Shown piece after piece: positions 8,143 to 12,853 of a stretch of 12,853 nt of DNA. Made by a program: the position numbers and the translations under genes. Origin of the DNA: Paraspadella gotoi. Lineage: Eukaryota > Animalia > Chaetognatha. Location of the stretch: positions 1 to 12,853 of the forward strand of contig JBJCIZ010000280.1 in assembly GCA_051294375.1 (NCBI GenBank). Direction: 5' to 3'. The notes beneath the pieces are model-generated. The model was not told where the DNA came from. It was given only the letters and a program-made list of their open reading frames with translations, and did no database searches. Positions within the stretch are counted from its first letter, which is position 1. Each line of letters starts with the position of its first letter.

Positions 8143-10188
8143 ATGTCAATTTCAGATATTCGAAATATAAATCAAAATCAGATACGATCGAAAATCGGGT
8201 ATAATGAATCAAAGAACTCGAATCAACAGTCAGAAAGCAGTACGGGAAACAGACAAGAAATCGAAAAGTTCCTCGCGAATCTAAATTACGACGAATTGAT
8301 CAAATTCAAAGGTATAATTGAAAAAAGCGAAATTTTGAACAGAGAAATCAACATATCTCAACAAAGAGTAGACACACTAAGCCCGAATGTCTCTTTGAAT
8401 ACTCAGGAAACCCCAAGCAGCGCGAAGAGGCGGAAAAGACAAAGAGAACAGCTTCCAAACGACGTGAGTCTATGTCCGAACACGTGCCACACGCCAAGTA
8501 TGGCGCAAGGAACCAACGCAATTCCGACTCCGAGCAACAGTCAGGCACAAACCAAACAGAGGAGACCAGTAGGTACGTACCGCAAAATGTCCGTCTTAGT
8601 AGGCAGTACTATGGCTGAGGAAGTTAAAAAAGACAGAAAAAAGCTGTTGCAAATAATTGAAGAAAGTATACCCGCAAATACTAATATCGATGAAATTAAA
8701 CTAAGCCAAAGGGGAGAGATAATACTTATTGGAGCAAATCCAAGAGATAATAATGCACTTCTGAATATCGACAGTTGGCTTAAAAACGAACACAATTTCT
8801 CAACTAGGCTATCGGATGTAAACTCGCTGGAACAAACTGTGGTGCTACGAGGAGTAGACCCAGAAATCACGGAAGAAGAAATCATGGAGCAGCTACACAA
8901 AGACTCGTATACGCCATCGGAGGTCAAAAGAATTCGTGTCGGAAAAGAACAAATAGCCACTTGGAGCGTAAAAATAGCACTGAGAGCTCAAAATGAAAAG
9001 CAGAAGCTTATTGATGAAGGCTTCAAATACCAATACAAGCGACATAAAGTGGAGGATTTCAAGAGAATGAATATCCAACAATGTTTCAAATGTCTTAAAA
9101 TAGGTCACGTGAGCTTCCAATGTGAACAAGCAACCGACTCGTGCTCCAGGTGCAGCGGTAACCATCGAGTTAGAGACTGTCCAAAAACTGATGAAGAAGT
9201 TAAATGTATAAACTGCGAAGGCAAACATCCGGCAACTTTTAAAGGTTGCCCATATATACGCTCAGCTATGACAAAACAGAGAAGATCCGAAGAAACAACA
9301 GTACAAACGGCCAATCCAAGCGAAGTATTGAGAAGCCAAGAAAGAAGTTACGCAGAAGCGGCAAGGCCAAAGAATATGAAACAAGAAGAAAAAGAGGAGA
9401 TTATAAATCGCACTATGTGGCAAACGTTGGAGGTGGTCGTAAAGTCTCTAAACGAATGTGGATCACTCCCAGAGGGGTTCCAAAGTGCACTAGCCCGTAA
9501 TATAATAGAGATTAAGAATAACAAAGAAATTAATGATGAAGATCGCCACGACATAAGGAGAAGAATAGCACGAATGACCACCAGCGAAGCTGTAAGAACC
9601 AAGAGTATCAGAAACTACTTACAACCATCTACGCCCTCAGGTACACCATGCAACAGGAGGACCCCAAGCCGTGGAAGCGGTCCACCAAGAAGAAATGAAT
9701 CATCGGAAGGAAGGACTACAGTGCAGAGAGCATCATCAGAGGAGCAACAGATCTCAACGAACGGCACCTTGGAGAACCAAGTTGCAAATCCTTCAGCTAC
9801 AACATCGTCGGAAGACCAATTTGAAGATGCAACTCCGAGAGTAACGGAGCCACAAAGACCGGTGGAAATTATACAGACTCCTCAGCTACAACAGTTGAAC
9901 GATCATCAGGTTCATTGGGACACACAAGTGGCCTACCAGTGGCCAATGATACAACCATCATGGGGGATGTCAAGACCAACGCCAGTCTGTCTCGACCAGA
10001 ATGTACAACAAATTCAGAGCCAATCTCAAGCACCTCATGTTCTGCAACAGATGGTTGGCGTACCTCCTATGAGCTGGTCAGCACAGATGGAACGAGCGCC
10101 GAGACTTTATCAAAGTGCAAACAATTACCAGCCAACAAACGCAGTGACTGCGCAGACAGTACTACATCAATCAAGAAATGGATTGTAA
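8143..10188 (+). CDS. LINE ORF1 gag-like nucleic-acid-binding protein, 681 aa
   Basis: CFKCLKIGHVSFQC / CSRCSGNHRVRDC / CINCEGKHPATFKGC = CX2CX4HX4C, CX2CX3HX4C, CX2CX3HX6C (9082-9249). An RRM-like segment (VVLRGVDPEITEEEIMEQL) precedes them and RSYAEAA follows. Basic NLS-like KRRKRQR near the N-terminus. Confidence 0.95.
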   Translation: MSISDIRNINQNQIRSKIGYNESKNSNQQSESSTGNRQEIEKFLANLNYDELIKFKGIIEKSEILNREINISQQRVDTLSPNVSLNTQETPSSAKRRKRQREQLPNDVSLCPNTCHTPSMAQGTNAIPTPSNSQAQTKQRRPVGTYRKMSVLVGSTMAEEVKKDRKKLLQIIEESIPANTNIDEIKLSQRGEIILIGANPRDNNALLNIDSWLKNEHNFSTRLSDVNSLEQTVVLRGVDPEITEEEIMEQLHKDSYTPSEVKRIRVGKEQIATWSVKIALRAQNEKQKLIDEGFKYQYKRHKVEDFKRMNIQQCFKCLKIGHVSFQCEQATDSCSRCSGNHRVRDCPKTDEEVKCINCEGKHPATFKGCPYIRSAMTKQRRSEETTVQTANPSEVLRSQERSYAEAARPKNMKQEEKEEIINRTMWQTLEVVVKSLNECGSLPEGFQSALARNIIEIKNNKEINDEDRHDIRRRIARMTTSEAVRTKSIRNYLQPSTPSGTPCNRRTPSRGSGPPRRNESSEGRTTVQRASSEEQQISTNGTLENQVANPSATTSSEDQFEDATPRVTEPQRPVEIIQTPQLQQLNDHQVHWDTQVAYQWPMIQPSWGMSRPTPVCLDQNVQQIQSQSQAPHVLQQMVGVPPMSWSAQMERAPRLYQSANNYQPTNAVTAQTVLHQSRNGL

Positions 10189-11314
10189 CGGGACATGTAT
10201 AGGCTTCATTCAGGTTAATACAAACTCGCTAAAACCAAGAGATTTAGAGATAAGACGCCTATTAGATGGAATAAATAGTAATAAAAAACTCTGCATTAAC
10301 TCCGTAATCATGCTAAATGATACGAGACTAAAAAAAGAGGACGATTATGCCGTTAAAAATTATATAACCTTAAGGAGAGATCACCCAAGTGACAAGAGGG
10401 GTCCAGGCGGAGTAGCAATGCTTGTACCCAAACAATATATTATTAAAGAGATAGTAAAGAGTGACGACAAAGAAAGTGAATTTTTAATTGTAAATTTAAA
10501 TAACAACAGAACGGGCTCCCTTATTGCAGCAACAATATACGCCCATCCAGGACAAAAAGTACCAAAAAAGTTCTTTGAGAAAATTAAAGAAATCGAAAAT
10601 AAGAGCTCGGGCACACCCATAATAATTATGGGCGACATGAATGCAAAGATTTCAACTCTTGAATCCAACCCAGACAATGAAGGCATGCATTTGGAAAAAT
10701 TAATGGAGGATTACAGCATGTCGTGTATTAATAGCGGGGAACCAACATATTACAGTTTTTCAAGCAACGCAAGAGCAAGCCTAGACTTAAGCATAGCAAA
10801 CAGAAAATCAATTGAAAGACTGGGATGTTGGAAAGTTCTAGAACCAATACAAAGTGATCACCTACCCACATATATAGAGATAAAAAATCAACACGGGAGT
10901 AACAACAAGATAGAAAGGAAGGTGATAAATTGGGAGACATACACAAAAATACTTCAAGATAACACAAACAACTTGATTACTAACAACAATATTACAAATG
11001 AAGAACTAGAGACTATAACGAAAAAATTTTCAACGGAAATAAGAGAAACAGCAGAAGCGGCAACAAAAAACAAAACAATACGCATCAAACTAGGCATCAA
11101 ACTCTCAAGAGAGTCCAATATATTCTTAAATTTAAAAAGAAAAATCCACAACTGGAGAAGGAGACACGTGGACGTAGACAATAAAACTAAAGAATTATTC
11201 CGGAAAGCCTATAATAAAATCAGTGCCTGCCTAAGGAAAAGTCTATCCCAAGACAGAGAGAATCATTGGAAAGGAAAAATAAACTTGATGGCACACACAC
11301 ATGGATGCGAATAA
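10178..11314 (+). CDS. LINE ORF2 N-terminal part: apurinic-like endonuclease (APE) and linker, ends at the frameshift
   Basis: APE motifs QVNTNSL, LNDT, GGVAMLV, IYAHP, GDMN (10631-10642), PTY, LDLSI and SDH (10853-10861). Confidence 0.93.
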   Translation: MDCNGTCIGFIQVNTNSLKPRDLEIRRLLDGINSNKKLCINSVIMLNDTRLKKEDDYAVKNYITLRRDHPSDKRGPGGVAMLVPKQYIIKEIVKSDDKESEFLIVNLNNNRTGSLIAATIYAHPGQKVPKKFFEKIKEIENKSSGTPIIIMGDMNAKISTLESNPDNEGMHLEKLMEDYSMSCINSGEPTYYSFSSNARASLDLSIANRKSIERLGCWKVLEPIQSDHLPTYIEIKNQHGSNNKIERKVINWETYTKILQDNTNNLITNNNITNEELETITKKFSTEIRETAEAATKNKTIRIKLGIKLSRESNIFLNLKRKIHNWRRRHVDVDNKTKELFRKAYNKISACLRKSLSQDRENHWKGKINLMAHTHGCE

Positions 11315-12853
11315 AAAATGGTCAATATACAAAGAGATAGCAAACATTGAAACATCAGAAATAGCCTTACCTCCTTTAAAAAGAGATGATGGGAACTGGG
11401 CAATAAGCGGTAAAGAAAGAGCTGAAACTCATGCTGAACGACTTAAAAAAGTATATAATCCAACACTTGATCCAGCTTATGATGATCAATGGAAAAGGGA
11501 GGTAGACAATTTTTGCAACCAAGAAGAAAATAAGCTCAAATCATTAGAAATAAGCCACGAAGAAGAAAACGAAGAAGAGCCAAACTTCAGTCTACAAGAA
11601 CTAATAACAGCTTTAAATCACTGCAAAAACAGATCCGCACCAGGTGAAGACGGAGTTACCTACCAAATGATAAAGAGCTTGCCGGCAAAGAAAATGGATT
11701 ATTTACTAAAAATATATAACATTTGTTGGCAGAGGGGTTATTATCCAAAACACTGGAAGATAGCAAAACTAATTACGCTTCCGAAAAAAGGAAAAAACTT
11801 GGAGGAGAGCAAAAACCATAGACCAATTAGTCTTTTATCATGCGTGGGCAAAGTTTTTGAGCGTCTAATCAAACCAAGACTCATAAAAGCCTTGGATGAA
11901 GCAGGACTTCGAAACAAATTCCAGAGTGGATACAAAAGGCATAGAAGCCCTCAAGATCATCTCTTCAGACTAAGTGAAACTGTCTACCAAGCCTTTCGTC
12001 AAAAGAAATGCGTATTAGGGCTCTTTTTAGATGTTGAATTAGCCTTCGACCACCTATGGTGGAACGGACTTCGATATAAGCTTCTCAAGAAAAATATAAG
12101 CCCAAGACTTTTAAGAATTATCAGCGGATTCCTAACAGACAGAGCAATAAGGGTTTACGAGGGTAAAGAATTCTCAGAAGCTTTCTGCATTAACACAGGA
12201 ACGCCCCAAGGAGGTATCATCAGTCCTGATCTTTTCAATGTACACACCGACGATGTCTTTGAAGAAGCACGTGCAATTGATCCAGCACAGTTTGCAGACG
12301 ACCAGGCAGCCTGGACGGTGGCAGAAAGCCCACTGGAAGGGAAACCTAGGATGGAGCAACTAATCAAAGTGCTTGAGAGATGGTGCCGCAAATGGAGACT
12401 AAAACTCGCGCCTCACAAGTCGAATTTAGTTGTCTTCAGCAGACTTCAACGACATCTGTCGGTCAACGTGGAACTAAAACTCTTAGGAGCACCAGTATCA
12501 GTCGTCGAAAATGTCACGTTTCTCGGCGTTCAATTTGACAGGAAACTACTATGGAAGGACCATATCAACTCCCTAACTCAGAAAGCATCACAGCGCTTAG
12601 GTATCCTTAGGAAAATTAAAGTAATGAACCCAAATCATCCAAAATTAATACTTAATTTGTTTAACGTTATGATAAGAACAATCTTTGAATACGGTTCAAT
12701 ATGTTATATTCCAATGTCCGAGGTACACTGGCGGAAAATAGAAAAAATTCATACACAATCAATACGGACAGCTCTTGATATTCCAAAATATATAAGCAAT
12801 AAAATAGTATTAAACGCAAGTGGCGAAAAACCAATAAGGGAGCACTTAAAAAA
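11289..12853 (+). CDS. LINE ORF2 C-terminal part: reverse transcriptase, partial, absent from the supplied ORF track
   Basis: Hand translation is open from 11289 to the window end: SAPGEDG, PKHWKIAKLITLPKKGK, NHRPISLLSCVGKVFERLI, QSGYK, LFLDVELAFD, GTPQGGIISPDLF, QFADD (FADD at 12291-12302), WCRKWRL, FLGVQFDRKLLW, RTIFEYG. Confidence 0.95.

Larger units (their letters stand above)
7967..12853 (+). mobile_element. Non-LTR retrotransposon (LINE), Jockey/I group, apparently 5'-complete, 3' end beyond the window
   Basis: ORF1 with three CCHC knuckles followed by ORF2 with APE and RT domains, and an A-rich sense strand. The 5' boundary is inferred. The exact clade needs an RT phylogeny and the unseen C-terminus (RNase H present or absent). 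Confidence 0.96.

Noticed and set aside
8143-10330. 2A-like peptide (DxExNPGP) or programmed -1 frameshift
   Set aside because: The motif is absent, and there is no slippery heptamer at the ORF junction.
8348-12391. Antisense and alternative-frame ORFs within the LINE
   Set aside because: Shadow ORFs of ORF1/ORF2 with no motifs.

Overview
Eukaryotic, probably invertebrate, repeat-rich DNA with no recognisable host gene, rRNA, tRNA or CRISPR array. The right 4.9 kb (~7967 to the window end) is a non-LTR retrotransposon (LINE) of the Jockey/I group on the + strand. It has a short 5' UTR with a DPE-like GGACGT motif, an intact 681-aa ORF1 with three CCHC knuckles, and an ORF2 (APE endonuclease plus reverse transcriptase) broken by a single frameshift at a (CA)5 run near 11292-11301. 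ORF2 runs off the window. Immediately upstream, ~7340-7977 looks like the 3' end of another LINE copy (structured 3' UTR, AATAAA, (TC)n tail), so the two may be head-to-tail and joined through the (TC)n tract. The left 7.3 kb is dense in (GA/TC)n microsatellites separating short orphan ORFs. It contains a candidate 1466-bp non-autonomous Helitron (3477-4942) with an A|TC 5' end, a hairpin-CTAG|T 3' end, an internal G-rich minisatellite and an STPR-like coding remnant. Removing it in silico extends a minus-strand ORF to a stop directly followed by AATAAA. Impure repeats suggest noisy long-read sequence, so single indels should be treated cautiously.
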